A stretch of DNA of 64,000 bases from Bacteriovoracia bacterium (GCA_050246755.1 JBFWVL010000001.1:672001-736000), one strand, 5' to 3'; positions 47,274-56,778 are shown, numbered from the stretch's first letter. Numbers and translations: made by a program. The notes: a model not told the origin generated them from the sequence alone.

Positions 47274-49441
47274 GCCAAGAGCAGAAAAACCCCGATCAAT
47301 ACTACGTTTCGGCCAGCGCCACCCTCGCGGAAACCGAAACACGCATCCTGAAGCAGGGGGAAACCTTCGGGATCTTCGATCGCCACGGAGATCTCTATCC
47401 GATCAGCAATGACGAGCTAGGCATATATCACCGCGGCACCCGATACTTATCAGAATTCGAATTTACCATCGGCAATAGTGCCCGGCCCCTGCTGCTAAAC
47501 TCCACACTCCGCAACGACAATGGCCTCATGAAGGTGGAGATGACGAACCCCGACATGCATACCAAGGCGCAAAGAAAAATCGACAAGGGCAGCCTATACA
47601 TCCAGCGGGATAAATTTATCCTCGGGGCTTGTAGCTACGAGCAGTTTACCATTTCCAACTACTGCGCGGAGGCGATCGAGCTCGAGGCCTGCGTCCGCTT
47701 CAACTCCGACTACCGCGACATCTTCGAAATCCGCGGAATGAAACGGCCGCGCCGGGGCGAGAAACTCGAGACCATCGTGACCGGAAATCAAATTCTACTT
47801 TCTTACCGCGGCCTCGACGGCGTGGTGCGGAGCACGAGGGTAGAGCTCAGCTTCACTCCTGGGCAAATCACGAGCGACCGCGTCCATTTTACTCTCCGCG
47901 TGCCCGCGCAGGGAGTTCATTCGTTCGAGATTTCCTGCCATTTTTTCTCCGCGGGAAAACCCGGCAAAGTAATGCCTTGTTCCGAGGGCCAGGGCGCCGT
48001 GCGCGATACCCACGCGGTGGGAAAAGCCCAGTATTGCCAGATATTAACCCAGAACGAGCCTTTCAATCTCTGGCTCGAACGATCCCGCGACGATCTCGTG
48101 ATGATGACCACCGATACCGACTTCGGCGCTCCTTATCCCTATGCCGGGATTCCCTGGTACTGCTGCCCTTTCGGGCGCGACGGTATCATCACCGCCCTGC
48201 AGTGCCTCTGGGCGAACCCGGAGATGTCGCGCGGAGTGCTAGAGTTTCTCGCGCGCACCCAGGCTACCGAGAATATTCCCGAGGCCGACGCGAACCCGGG
48301 CAAAATCGTACACGAAGTGCGCGAGGGCGAAATGGCCGCTTTGAAAGAAATTCCCTTCGGCCGCTACTACGGAAGCGTGGACGCCACTCCGCTTTTTCTC
48401 GTGCTCGCCGGTGAATACTACGAGCGCACCGGCGACTTTGAGCTCATCCGGCGCCTCTGGCCAAGCCTCGAGCGCGCGCTGCACTGGATAGAAACCTACG
48501 GCGATCTCGATGGCGATGGATTCGTGGAATATAGTTCCAGTGCCGAATGCGGGCTTAAACACCAAGGCTGGAAAGATTCGCAGGATTGCGTGTTCCACGC
48601 CGACGGAACCGACGCCGAAGGGCCGATCGCGCTTTCCGAGGTGCAGGGCTATGTGTACAGCGCTAAATTGCACATGGCGAAACTTGCACGGAAAATGAAT
48701 ATGGTGGAACTCGGCGATCGCCTGGAAAAGGAATCGTTGCGCCTGCGCGAAAAATTCGATGCCGTCTTCTGGCTGCCGGAGCTCGGCACCTACGCGCTCG
48801 CCCTCGACGGCGCGAAAAAGCCTTGCCGGGTAGTGAGCTCGAACCCCGGCCACGGCCTGTTTTCCGGCATCGTGAAACCGGAACGCATGCGGCCACTCGT
48901 GGAAACTCTCATGAGCGAAAAAATGTATTCCGGCTGGGGGATCCGCACGCTGGCCACCGACGCTAGCCGCTATAATCCGATGTCGTACCACAACGGAACG
49001 GTGTGGCCCCACGATACCGCGCTGATCACCCTGGGCCTCGCGAGAGCCGGATTTAAGGCCGAAGTGGAAAAGATATTCAATGGTCTCTTCAGGGCGAGTA
49101 CTTATATGGAGCTCGCACGGCTGCCAGAGGTTTACTGTGGATTTCCGGCCCGCGACGGTGATCCGCCCACGCTCTATCCCGTAGCCTGCTCGCCACAAGC
49201 CTGGGCTTCGGCGGGAATCTACGCGCTGGTGCAATCTCTGCTGGGAATTCGCATCAACGCGCAGGAAAACAAAATTACTTTTTTCAAACCGCGGCTCCCC
49301 GCCGAACTCCGTGAGCTCCGTCTCGTGGGGCTGCAGCTCGGAGACACCTGTGTGGATGTGATCGTAAAGCACTACGAAGAAGACGTAGGGGTGCGGATCG
49401 AGCGGCGCTCCGGCAACGCCGTGGTAACCATAGAAAAGTAA
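47270..49441 (+). CDS. Amylo-alpha-1,6-glucosidase / glycogen-debranching-like hydrolase
   Basis: AGIPW...FGRD, PGKIVHE, YYGSVDATPL, QGWKDS, YHNGTVWPHD, ACSPQAW. Confidence 0.9.
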   Translation: MSQEQKNPDQYYVSASATLAETETRILKQGETFGIFDRHGDLYPISNDELGIYHRGTRYLSEFEFTIGNSARPLLLNSTLRNDNGLMKVEMTNPDMHTKAQRKIDKGSLYIQRDKFILGACSYEQFTISNYCAEAIELEACVRFNSDYRDIFEIRGMKRPRRGEKLETIVTGNQILLSYRGLDGVVRSTRVELSFTPGQITSDRVHFTLRVPAQGVHSFEISCHFFSAGKPGKVMPCSEGQGAVRDTHAVGKAQYCQILTQNEPFNLWLERSRDDLVMMTTDTDFGAPYPYAGIPWYCCPFGRDGIITALQCLWANPEMSRGVLEFLARTQATENIPEADANPGKIVHEVREGEMAALKEIPFGRYYGSVDATPLFLVLAGEYYERTGDFELIRRLWPSLERALHWIETYGDLDGDGFVEYSSSAECGLKHQGWKDSQDCVFHADGTDAEGPIALSEVQGYVYSAKLHMAKLARKMNMVELGDRLEKESLRLREKFDAVFWLPELGTYALALDGAKKPCRVVSSNPGHGLFSGIVKPERMRPLVETLMSEKMYSGWGIRTLATDASRYNPMSYHNGTVWPHDTALITLGLARAGFKAEVEKIFNGLFRASTYMELARLPEVYCGFPARDGDPPTLYPVACSPQAWASAGIYALVQSLLGIRINAQENKITFFKPRLPAELRELRLVGLQLGDTCVDVIVKHYEEDVGVRIERRSGNAVVTIEK

Positions 49442-49538
49442 GCAATCTCAGCAAATTAGACTCGATTTTCCACCCTTCCGCCAAGCGCCTCACGGTTCCG
49501 CACATTTCCCAAATTCACCCCTGTTTTCGCGATTTTAG

Positions 49539-49566
49539 TAAGGAAATCACTTTCCTCAGCCGAATA
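49539..49566 (+). promoter_or_regulatory. FliA/sigma28-type promoter
   Basis: TAAGG-N15-GCCGAATA. Confidence 0.6.
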
Positions 49567-49583
49567 GCAATTGAGGAAAACAC

Positions 49584-50381
49584 GTGGAACGCTCCCAGGA
49601 CCTCCGGAAAAAATATCCTCTCATCGCCGCGGGCGATCTACCGTTTCCCGCGCTCGAGGGAGAACAGAGCGCAAGCCTGCGGGCGTTGAACCCTGAAGAC
49701 TGGCAGGGATATTTCGTTTGTCTCTCGGCTACCGAGACCAAGCTTCGCGAACTGATCGACGAAGCTCACGCCCTGGAAATTCCCTTCACGCACATCATTA
49801 TCTACTGCGATTCGTTTCCTGCCTCTTTTCTACCACCGGCCGGCTGTGCGCTGCTCGAAGCGCATGCGGAGGAAAGCGTAGAGGATTTTCGCCATCGCCT
49901 TATGCTGAAGATCGAAGGGCAGCGCCAGCACATCATCAATCACGAACTCGAGCGCGCCGAAAAATTAGCCGCGCCGGAAGGCCTCTCCGAAGGTGAAAAA
50001 ACCTGCGCGCAAGAACGGGCCCGCTTCGCTCACGCCCTCGCCTACCTCTACGATCTTCCCCCTTCCCGCCACGCGCTCTCGATCCGCTTAGCCTACTGTG
50101 TGGGTAAGCCAGCGCTCCGCGAGAGGGTGCTCGCGGGCTGCAAGTTTGCCGTGCATCAGTATCCTGAATCCGAGGAGACGGCTTGGTCTCCCACGCTGCC
50201 GTTCGAATTCATTCTCGCCCTGTGCGCGGCGCTCACCCTGAACAGCTGTGGAAATCCCGCGCAGTTCCGGGAAGCCTTCCGCAACGGTTCCGCGTCCCTC
50301 CCCTTCAAAGTACGCAATGAACTGAAAACCCAGGTAGAAAAAATCCTCGAACCCCTCTGGGGAGGTAAGCATGCGGCTTAG
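49584..50381 (+). CDS. Hypothetical protein, possible degenerate HD-fold
   Basis: GAGG RBS + GTG start; ARFAHALAYLYDL...IRLAYCVGKP. Confidence 0.55.
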   Translation: MERSQDLRKKYPLIAAGDLPFPALEGEQSASLRALNPEDWQGYFVCLSATETKLRELIDEAHALEIPFTHIIIYCDSFPASFLPPAGCALLEAHAEESVEDFRHRLMLKIEGQRQHIINHELERAEKLAAPEGLSEGEKTCAQERARFAHALAYLYDLPPSRHALSIRLAYCVGKPALRERVLAGCKFAVHQYPESEETAWSPTLPFEFILALCAALTLNSCGNPAQFREAFRNGSASLPFKVRNELKTQVEKILEPLWGGKHAA

Positions 50382-52680
50382 TCTGCTTTTGCTTCTTTTC
50401 CCTCTTCCGCTTTTTGCCAGCACGGTTTCCGACGTGCGTTGCCAGCAAACGGCGGAGCGGGCAAGCCTCTGCCAAATTCAGCTACAGGGCGAAGTGCAGG
50501 AAGGCGAGCGCCTCTTCATCACGAACGTTAGGGAGAGCGATCAGCTCTTCTGGGAAAACACGCGCCTCGGCGGTACCGGTGTGCTATTCGATCAGCATTT
50601 TTTTGCCGGCTTCCTGCCCCGCCTCTATTCTCTGCAGCCGATTCAGGGAAAAATTTCGCCCATCCTTTCTGTGCGCGCTACCGCCATTTTCGACCGAGAA
50701 GCCTCTATTCCCGTGGGCGCCAAGGTGCGGGTGGTGGACGCCCGTTATCCTGTTACGAAAGTGCTCGCGCCGCTATACTGGCCTCTAGCTTCCTTTCTTT
50801 TTCTCGTATTCGCCTGGGTCTACCTAGTTAGCTACCTACGCCAGCAGACCATCGACGGCTGGATCTACCCTCGCCAAGAACTGCGCTGGTTCTTCGGAGG
50901 GCTTTCCGCTTATCTCTTGCTCAGCCATGAAGTTTCCCGCCTATTCGTGCCCCTCACCTGGTCAGTAGACCTACACCTCTTTGCGCAACGCCTAGCCCTC
51001 TTCGTCTGCGCGTGGTCCCACGCGGCGCTCGTGATGGGTGGACGCTTCAGCGACCGCTCCTGCGTGGAACGCGGACTAACGCGCGCCGAAGCGCCCTGGC
51101 TCAATCGTATTTTCACCGGCTGCTTCCTGGTTTCGCTCGGCGCCCTCGCTTATGCCCCCGATATCCGCTATGCACACTTCTACTTCCTTCTCGCATTCCA
51201 GGCCTCGCTTCTGGCCTACAGCACTTTCGTGGCCATTGCCGGCACGGAATGGAAGCGGATCCTGAAACGCTCCGGCACCAGCCCCCTGCTCTTTCACTTT
51301 TCCCTTCTTCTATTTCCTTTCGCCCTGCTCGCCTTCTCCACCGGCCGCTACCTTTCTCTTTTCGACGGCCAGCGTATCTTCGTAGCGGCTGCCAGCTTCG
51401 TGCTCGCGGCGGGCGTTTGGCGCCTCCATCGTTTTCACTACGTGCGCCAGCGCAGCCTACAGCTCGCCGCGGAGTGCCGCGAGGTGCTGCAGGGATTCGT
51501 GCACGGGGAACGCCGTCTCCACGCGCTCTGCGAATTTATCGAATCGGAGTGGGGAGCGGCGCGGGTTAGCGTGATTTCGGTGGAGAACTCTCAGGGACTC
51601 GTGCTCGCCTCGGCTGGCCCCGACGCTATTTCTCCCGAAAATCGTGCCGAACCCCGCAAGCTTGGCCCTTTCCTTCGCCGCGTGTGCAAAGAAGGGCATA
51701 TCCTCTACGCTCCCGTGGCGGAAGAGCTCGGTAAAGACCTGCAGGAAAAAGGGCTCCGCCACAGCAGCTTGGCTTTGCCGCTCACCCAGGAGGGCCGCGT
51801 GCGCGTGGTGCTTTGTATCATGGCCGACGAAGGAGAGCGGATTCACCCCCTCGATGCCACCCTCATGGAGCTGCTCACCGAATCTCTCGGCCTGGAAATC
51901 CTTTCGGCCGTGGGCCAGCATATCGCCGAGGAAAAAAACGAGCGCCTGATGGCGATCTCTCGCAATAGCGGCGGCCTCGCCGTAGAGCATATGGACGGAT
52001 GGGGACATTTACATTTCAATAAATCGGAAGAGGTTCGTTACCTCGTGGGCGCCGAGGCCCTCGCTGAGCCGAAATTTTCGCGGCAGGTGCAGCGCTCTTC
52101 ATCGCTGAATAAGCTACTGCGTGGATTCGAACTGGAGTTACGCTCCATCTGGACCGGACTCGCCGAATCCTGCGAATTTTTGCCCAAAGACGTGAACGGA
52201 GATTTTTGGGTGCTATCTCCGCGGGAATTCCGCCAGCCATTCCTGCAAAAATTGGGCGCCGAAAGGGTGGCGCTCCTGCTCGCCCACGCCCTCGAGCGCG
52301 CGGCGCGCACACTCGCCGCCAAGCCCGGCTATCTTCCGCTCGGAATCACTAGCCCCAAGGTGATCGTGGGCGGCACGAAGCTGCGATTCGTTTCCTACGG
52401 CACTGCCGAAACGGGCAACGTGGAAACCGACGCCGCCGACTTCTCGCTTCTCCAGCGGCTGCGGGAAGAGGCGCCTCGCGGCTCCCTGCTTTTCTGGGGA
52501 GATAACCCGGCCAAGCGCCTCACCGACGAGCGCTTCGACTGCAAAACTCAAATTACCCGCGCATTCGAGCTCGATCGCCTCTTCAGCGTGATCGGCGTTC
52601 ACTCCGATAAAAAAGAACTGCGTAAGCTCGAGGCCAGGGCGCTGGAGCAGGCTCGACTCTATCTGAAACGCGCGGCATAG
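50371..52680 (+). CDS. Membrane receptor: extracytoplasmic domain + about 7 TM + GAF + degenerate class III cyclase-like domain
   Basis: Signal peptide, about 7 hydrophobic helices, GAF (LGPFLRRV...SLALPL), KDVNGD and LQRL..EAPRGSLL. Confidence 0.6.
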   Translation: MRLSLLLLLFPLPLFASTVSDVRCQQTAERASLCQIQLQGEVQEGERLFITNVRESDQLFWENTRLGGTGVLFDQHFFAGFLPRLYSLQPIQGKISPILSVRATAIFDREASIPVGAKVRVVDARYPVTKVLAPLYWPLASFLFLVFAWVYLVSYLRQQTIDGWIYPRQELRWFFGGLSAYLLLSHEVSRLFVPLTWSVDLHLFAQRLALFVCAWSHAALVMGGRFSDRSCVERGLTRAEAPWLNRIFTGCFLVSLGALAYAPDIRYAHFYFLLAFQASLLAYSTFVAIAGTEWKRILKRSGTSPLLFHFSLLLFPFALLAFSTGRYLSLFDGQRIFVAAASFVLAAGVWRLHRFHYVRQRSLQLAAECREVLQGFVHGERRLHALCEFIESEWGAARVSVISVENSQGLVLASAGPDAISPENRAEPRKLGPFLRRVCKEGHILYAPVAEELGKDLQEKGLRHSSLALPLTQEGRVRVVLCIMADEGERIHPLDATLMELLTESLGLEILSAVGQHIAEEKNERLMAISRNSGGLAVEHMDGWGHLHFNKSEEVRYLVGAEALAEPKFSRQVQRSSSLNKLLRGFELELRSIWTGLAESCEFLPKDVNGDFWVLSPREFRQPFLQKLGAERVALLLAHALERAARTLAAKPGYLPLGITSPKVIVGGTKLRFVSYGTAETGNVETDAADFSLLQRLREEAPRGSLLFWGDNPAKRLTDERFDCKTQITRAFELDRLFSVIGVHSDKKELRKLEARALEQARLYLKRAA

Positions 52681-52744
52681 AATAATTTAGTTGGGCCTCA
52701 TCTAAATCCAAAGCATACTATCTCCCAATACCCGGAGGTTGCCC

Positions 52745-53425
52745 ATGCCCACCCGCCAGTTCCGCTACTATGATTTCGTGATGGCCGCGTTCGTTTGCGT
52801 GCTTCTCTGCTCGAATTTAATCGGCGCATCGAAAATAGCGACGGTGGGCGGATTTAGCTTCGGCGCCGGGGTGCTATTTTTCCCCATCTCCTATATTTTC
52901 GGCGACGTGCTCACCGAAGTATACGGTTACGCCCAGGCGAGGCGCGTCGTTTGGGCGGGGTTCGCCGCTATGATCTTCGCCTCCTTCATGACCTGGTTCG
53001 TGCTCGCGCTGCCGCCGGCTGAAGGTTGGGCCCACCAGGAGGCCTTCGTTACCGTATTCGCTTCCACGCCGAGAATCGTGATCGGCTCCCTCGTGGCTTT
53101 TTTCTGCGGGGAGTTTTGCAATTCCTTCGTGCTCGCGAAGATGAAGATCGCCACCAAGGGCAAGCTTCTTTGGCTGCGCACTATCGGTTCCACGATCGCC
53201 GGAGAAGCCGTGGATACCCTGATCTTCTACCCAATCGCCTTTTACGGAACTTGGCCCAATGATTTGCTCATCAAGGTGATGATCGGCAACTATTGCATTA
53301 AAGTGGGATGGGAAGCCTTGGTGACGCCGGTAACCTACCTGGTGGTGAATTTCCTCAAGCGCGCCGAGAGTGAAGACCACTTCGACTACCGCACCGACTT
53401 CAATCCATTTACGCTGAAAGTTTAG
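52745..53425 (+). CDS. yhhQ: Queuosine precursor transporter (VUT/YhhQ family)
   Basis: SN...K, FP..YIFGDVLTEVYG, PRIVIGS, RTIGST. Confidence 0.9.
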   Translation: MPTRQFRYYDFVMAAFVCVLLCSNLIGASKIATVGGFSFGAGVLFFPISYIFGDVLTEVYGYAQARRVVWAGFAAMIFASFMTWFVLALPPAEGWAHQEAFVTVFASTPRIVIGSLVAFFCGEFCNSFVLAKMKIATKGKLLWLRTIGSTIAGEAVDTLIFYPIAFYGTWPNDLLIKVMIGNYCIKVGWEALVTPVTYLVVNFLKRAESEDHFDYRTDFNPFTLKV

Positions 53426-54018
53426 GAAGCAAAGCGCGCCGCGCCGGCGGAAGCGGGCCGTTTGCGCCGCTCGTTCTTATTCGCCTTGCGGGTTTGATCT
53501 TCCGCGGTAGTTTCATTTTCCGCGCAGAGCGCGTTTTTTCCGCTGGACTCAAAACAACGTTTTACCTGCACCTCGGTTACGGAAAACTTCTTTCCTTTAC
53601 CTGGGGCGGAAAAAGCGAGCACGCCTTCCTCGTTCGCCACGAAGCTTCCATTCGCAGGTATCTCCGGGGTCTCGTTTAGGCCCACCAAAATCTTGGGGGA
53701 ACCGCTCGAAGTAACGCTAACCGTATCGTTAGTGGTAACCTTCACGGGGCTGCTCCATAATTCGCGGTGGGGAGCCTTGCTAAAGCGGTAGCTCAATTGG
53801 GTAACGCACTGAGCTTGATCCGGGCTAAGGCGGCCTAGGCGCGCCTGGCACCAGTTGGCAAAAGCCAGCGAAGGATCCACGGCCTGGGCCGCCACGTTAG
53901 CGCCCAGCGCATTTACTAAACCAGAAGGCAGTAAGGGATCTTGCTGTTTTTTTCCACCCATCGCCATTGCGTTGGAGGCCATGGCTACGATGGTGATCAA
54001 ATAGATAAATGGTTTCAT
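53422..54018 (-). CDS. Secreted hypothetical protein
   Basis: Signal peptide AMA, 4 Cys. Confidence 0.7.
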   Translation of the reverse strand: MKPFIYLITIVAMASNAMAMGGKKQQDPLLPSGLVNALGANVAAQAVDPSLAFANWCQARLGRLSPDQAQCVTQLSYRFSKAPHRELWSSPVKVTTNDTVSVTSSGSPKILVGLNETPEIPANGSFVANEEGVLAFSAPGKGKKFSVTEVQVKRCFESSGKNALCAENETTAEDQTRKANKNERRKRPASAGAARFAS

Positions 54019-54029
54019 ATGGCTGAAAA

Positions 54030-54045
54030 AGCAGGTTCCATGCCA
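54030..54045 (-). promoter_or_regulatory. Sigma54 promoter
   Basis: TGGCATGGAACCTGCT; enhancer-like TGCCTAACTTTTAGACA at 54096-54112. Confidence 0.7.
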
Positions 54046-54125
54046 CGAGGAACCGGCCTGAACTACCAGGGAATAGCCCTTAGGGCTTCCCGGAGTGCCT
54101 AACTTTTAGACACCCGACCAAGGCG

Positions 54126-54156
54126 AAAAAAAGGGCGCTACCGAGGTAGCGCCCTT
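54126..54156 (-). terminator. Rho-independent terminator
   Basis: AAGGGCGCTACC/GGTAGCGCCCTT stem with T-run on the minus strand. Confidence 0.88.
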
Positions 54157-54176
54157 CCCCACCTACGAAAGTCGAA

Positions 54177-54710
54177 CTAAGCCGCCCGGCGGTAAGTTTC
54201 CGAATGCGTTTCACTCACCAGTATCTGCTGAGTGAGTTCTGGGGTTAAACCCAATACCGCTCCGTAAAGCAAGTGCGAGGTGAACCACCAGCCGCTGTAA
54301 AGGGCCACGCGATCACTCATCACGGGATCAAAAATAGGCAAAGCCACAAAGGTCATTACCAGCCATACTCCCACTCCATAGACTGCTCCCCACCCCGCAG
54401 CCGAGGAAGAAGAGGTAACCGGAGGAATCATCAGGCCGAAACCGGTGCCCCACGCCGCGGCCACCGCAAAGTGAATCGCCGCGCCGAGGAGAATCGTTCC
54501 CACCCCGCCGATCAAGGCTTCTACTCCCAGGAAAGTAGCGGCAATTTGCTGAAGGGGAAAAAAGAAACCCTCCCCAAGCGCGGCCGTATACACCATTAAC
54601 GCTAGCATCATCACCAGCCCGCTGATCAGGCCGGCTTCAGCGCCGGCAATGGCCGAATCGCGTTTATAGTCGGAAACCGTTCCCCAGCTTCTCTCACTTT
54701 GATACATCAT
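54177..54710 (-). CDS. Four-TM membrane protein (DUF1440/DUF6789-like)
   Basis: IHF...WG, G..YG...W, HLLYG. Confidence 0.7.
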   Translation of the reverse strand: MMYQSERSWGTVSDYKRDSAIAGAEAGLISGLVMMLALMVYTAALGEGFFFPLQQIAATFLGVEALIGGVGTILLGAAIHFAVAAAWGTGFGLMIPPVTSSSSAAGWGAVYGVGVWLVMTFVALPIFDPVMSDRVALYSGWWFTSHLLYGAVLGLTPELTQQILVSETHSETYRRAA

Positions 54711-54735
54711 AAAATTTCTCCTCTATATAAAATAT

Positions 54736-55377
54736 TTAACCAGACTGTTTCTCGAGCAAAATGGTGGCTAGCTTTTCGTGCTGGCTGATGATCGGCCTTA
54801 CCTTCGCTAAATAAGAACGCGGAGCGCCGCTGGGCATTCCTTCGATGGCGCCGGAAAGCTCCTGCACCGCCTTGGCGTGCCCTTCCACCATTTTCGCGAG
54901 GAATAAGCGGTCAAAGTCTTCCAGCATCGCGCTCCGCAGGCTGTCGGAGCTAGCCCGCTCCTTGGCGGTTTCTTCCGCGCTGAGCACTGAACTGCGATCT
55001 ACCGGAATATTTTTATCCTCCGCGAACGCCATGAGCTTGCGGTCGTTCACCTGGTGATCCCGCATCAGGCGTTCCCCGTAGTCCCTTACGATTTTACTTT
55101 GCCCTTTTTCCATGGCCAATTTGCCCATTTCGATTTCCATCATATTTACGTGATGAACCCTCGAGAAAGCGGCCGCCACCACGTTCGTAGCTTCCACGTT
55201 GGCGTGGAGATCTTCGGAGACGGGACTATTCGGTACGGGAATTACTCCATTATCCATCATCGCCGGCCCAGTAGCCGGACTCACCATCGCGGTGGCTTCC
55301 ACCGCTGCGTGGCTTGCCATTGGTAGCAGACCCAATAACGCAGCCGATAAAAAATACTTTTTGCCTTTATTTTTCAT
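54736..55377 (-). CDS. DUF4142 secreted ferritin-like protein
   Basis: EIEMGKLA, VRDYGERLMRDH, FDRLFLAKMVEGH. Confidence 0.88.
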   Translation of the reverse strand: MKNKGKKYFLSAALLGLLPMASHAAVEATAMVSPATGPAMMDNGVIPVPNSPVSEDLHANVEATNVVAAAFSRVHHVNMMEIEMGKLAMEKGQSKIVRDYGERLMRDHQVNDRKLMAFAEDKNIPVDRSSVLSAEETAKERASSDSLRSAMLEDFDRLFLAKMVEGHAKAVQELSGAIEGMPSGAPRSYLAKVRPIISQHEKLATILLEKQSG

Positions 55378-55426
55378 TTCTCCCCCTAAAAATCAGCGGG
55401 CCGCCAGGGCCACGCGGGAGACAAAT

Positions 55427-55442
55427 AGCAAAGCTCGTGCCG
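55427..55442 (-). promoter_or_regulatory. Sigma54 promoter
   Basis: CGGCACGAGCTTTGCT. Confidence 0.75.
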
Positions 55443-55485
55443 CTTGAAATAAACTCAACTAGTTTAGTATTGGGAGCCGCGGCAA

Positions 55486-56553
55486 TTACGTGAGGAGCTT
55501 ACCGAGCGTATTCCGTACCGCCGGATTGCGCATACGGTACATACGCGATTCGATATAGAAATGCAGCAGCGAAGTGGTCAGGGAAATGGCCACCACCACG
55601 TTCAAAAACAAGTTCACGCGGGCGGGCTCCCAATAGCCTGCGAGCGGCGCAAAATCCAGGCGCGAAGAATCACCGAATACCACCGGGATGCCCATGAGGC
55701 TCACCACGAGCACACCCAGCACCCAGGCCCAACCGCTTACCTTGGCTTCCGTTTTTTTCTGCAGGCGGCGAAAGAAAAAAATCGACTCCAATCCATGCGT
55801 GGCCTGCCCGGCGAAAACCGCGAGCGGAGTAATGATATAAAAAGGCAAAATAAACAGGCGCAGAAGAAAGAGACTCTTATTCCAGTTTTTCGTTTCGCCG
55901 CGGGAATTATTCCACACGATCACTCCCGCCATGCCGATCGCGGCGCCCACAAAGATCGCACGCACTTTTTCTTCAGCCGACTCCAGCAAAAACTCCCGGT
56001 TGGTAAGATGAAAGAAAGGCAACGCCGCGCCAAAGAGAACACAGCAAAATATCCCGAAGAACATTTTTCGATCCAAATCCGGCCGCCCCGTGTTCGCGCC
56101 CTGCCCGTAGACCAGCATAATCCCCCTTACCTGGAAGATCAGGTGCCAAGTGGCAAAAAGCTTCAGTAAAAAAATGGCCAGGGTCCCCGGCCCCACTCCA
56201 CTAGCCCGCAGGCCCGCCAGGTTCTCCAGCGAGCCGGTGGCCAAAAATATTCCGAGCCCCCCTAGCCCGCACGTTAGCAAACCAGTCCATTCCTTCCAGG
56301 AGATTTGCCGTAAAAATTCCTGCCCTTCAGGGAAACGCAGCACATAAAAAGAAAGCACCGTGTGCCCGATATTCAGCAGTAAAATATTGGAGAGGAAAAC
56401 GAAGTAAAAATAGTAACCACCCACCCAGCCATGGCCAAAAATCGCAGTCAAAGCCACGAGCGGAAGCAGGCAGATCGGAAAAAAGAGATTGAAGAGCTCT
56501 TCCGGCCAGGAAAACAATTTGTTCTGCTGCAGAGCCTGGAACATGAGCTCCAT
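55486..56553 (-). CDS. Polytopic membrane protein with four intramembrane His motifs
   Basis: GHT, WHLIFQ..G, THG.E, LHFYIE. Confidence 0.65.
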   Translation of the reverse strand: MELMFQALQQNKLFSWPEELFNLFFPICLLPLVALTAIFGHGWVGGYYFYFVFLSNILLLNIGHTVLSFYVLRFPEGQEFLRQISWKEWTGLLTCGLGGLGIFLATGSLENLAGLRASGVGPGTLAIFLLKLFATWHLIFQVRGIMLVYGQGANTGRPDLDRKMFFGIFCCVLFGAALPFFHLTNREFLLESAEEKVRAIFVGAAIGMAGVIVWNNSRGETKNWNKSLFLLRLFILPFYIITPLAVFAGQATHGLESIFFFRRLQKKTEAKVSGWAWVLGVLVVSLMGIPVVFGDSSRLDFAPLAGYWEPARVNLFLNVVVAISLTTSLLHFYIESRMYRMRNPAVRNTLGKLLT

Positions 56554-56610
56554 ACTAATCGGAAAAACCTTTGGCGCGGCGAAAATTTAGGACTGAAAAA
56601 TAGACTGAAT

Positions 56611-56685
56611 TGGTTCAGGCACGCGGGATTGAACCGCGGACCCCTTCCATGTCAAGGAAGTGCTCTGCCACTGAGCTATGCCTGA
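56611..56685 (-). tRNA. tRNA-Val(GAC)
   Basis: Cloverleaf TCAGGCA...CTTCC-TTGACAT-GGAAG...CGCGG-TTCAATC-CCGCG-TGCCTGA-A-CCA. Confidence 0.96.
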
Positions 56686-56742
56686 ACTGCAGCTTTGCTT
56701 ATAGCGAATCTCGGCGGGAAGCTCAAGGCACGGCCACCGGGC

Positions 56743-56778
56743 AAAAAAAGGGGAGAAAGCGTTAGCCTTCTCCCCTTT
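56743..56778 (-). terminator. Rho-independent terminator
   Basis: AAAGGGGAGAA/TTCTCCCCTTT stem with T-run on the minus strand. Confidence 0.85.

Noticed and set aside
52681-52744. preQ1 riboswitch before yhhQ
   Set aside because: No preQ1-I stem-loop with A-rich tail is visible
27000-56611. Genomic island integrated at tRNA-Val
   Set aside because: No integrase and no duplicated tRNA 3' end noticed by eye; composition is mostly host-like
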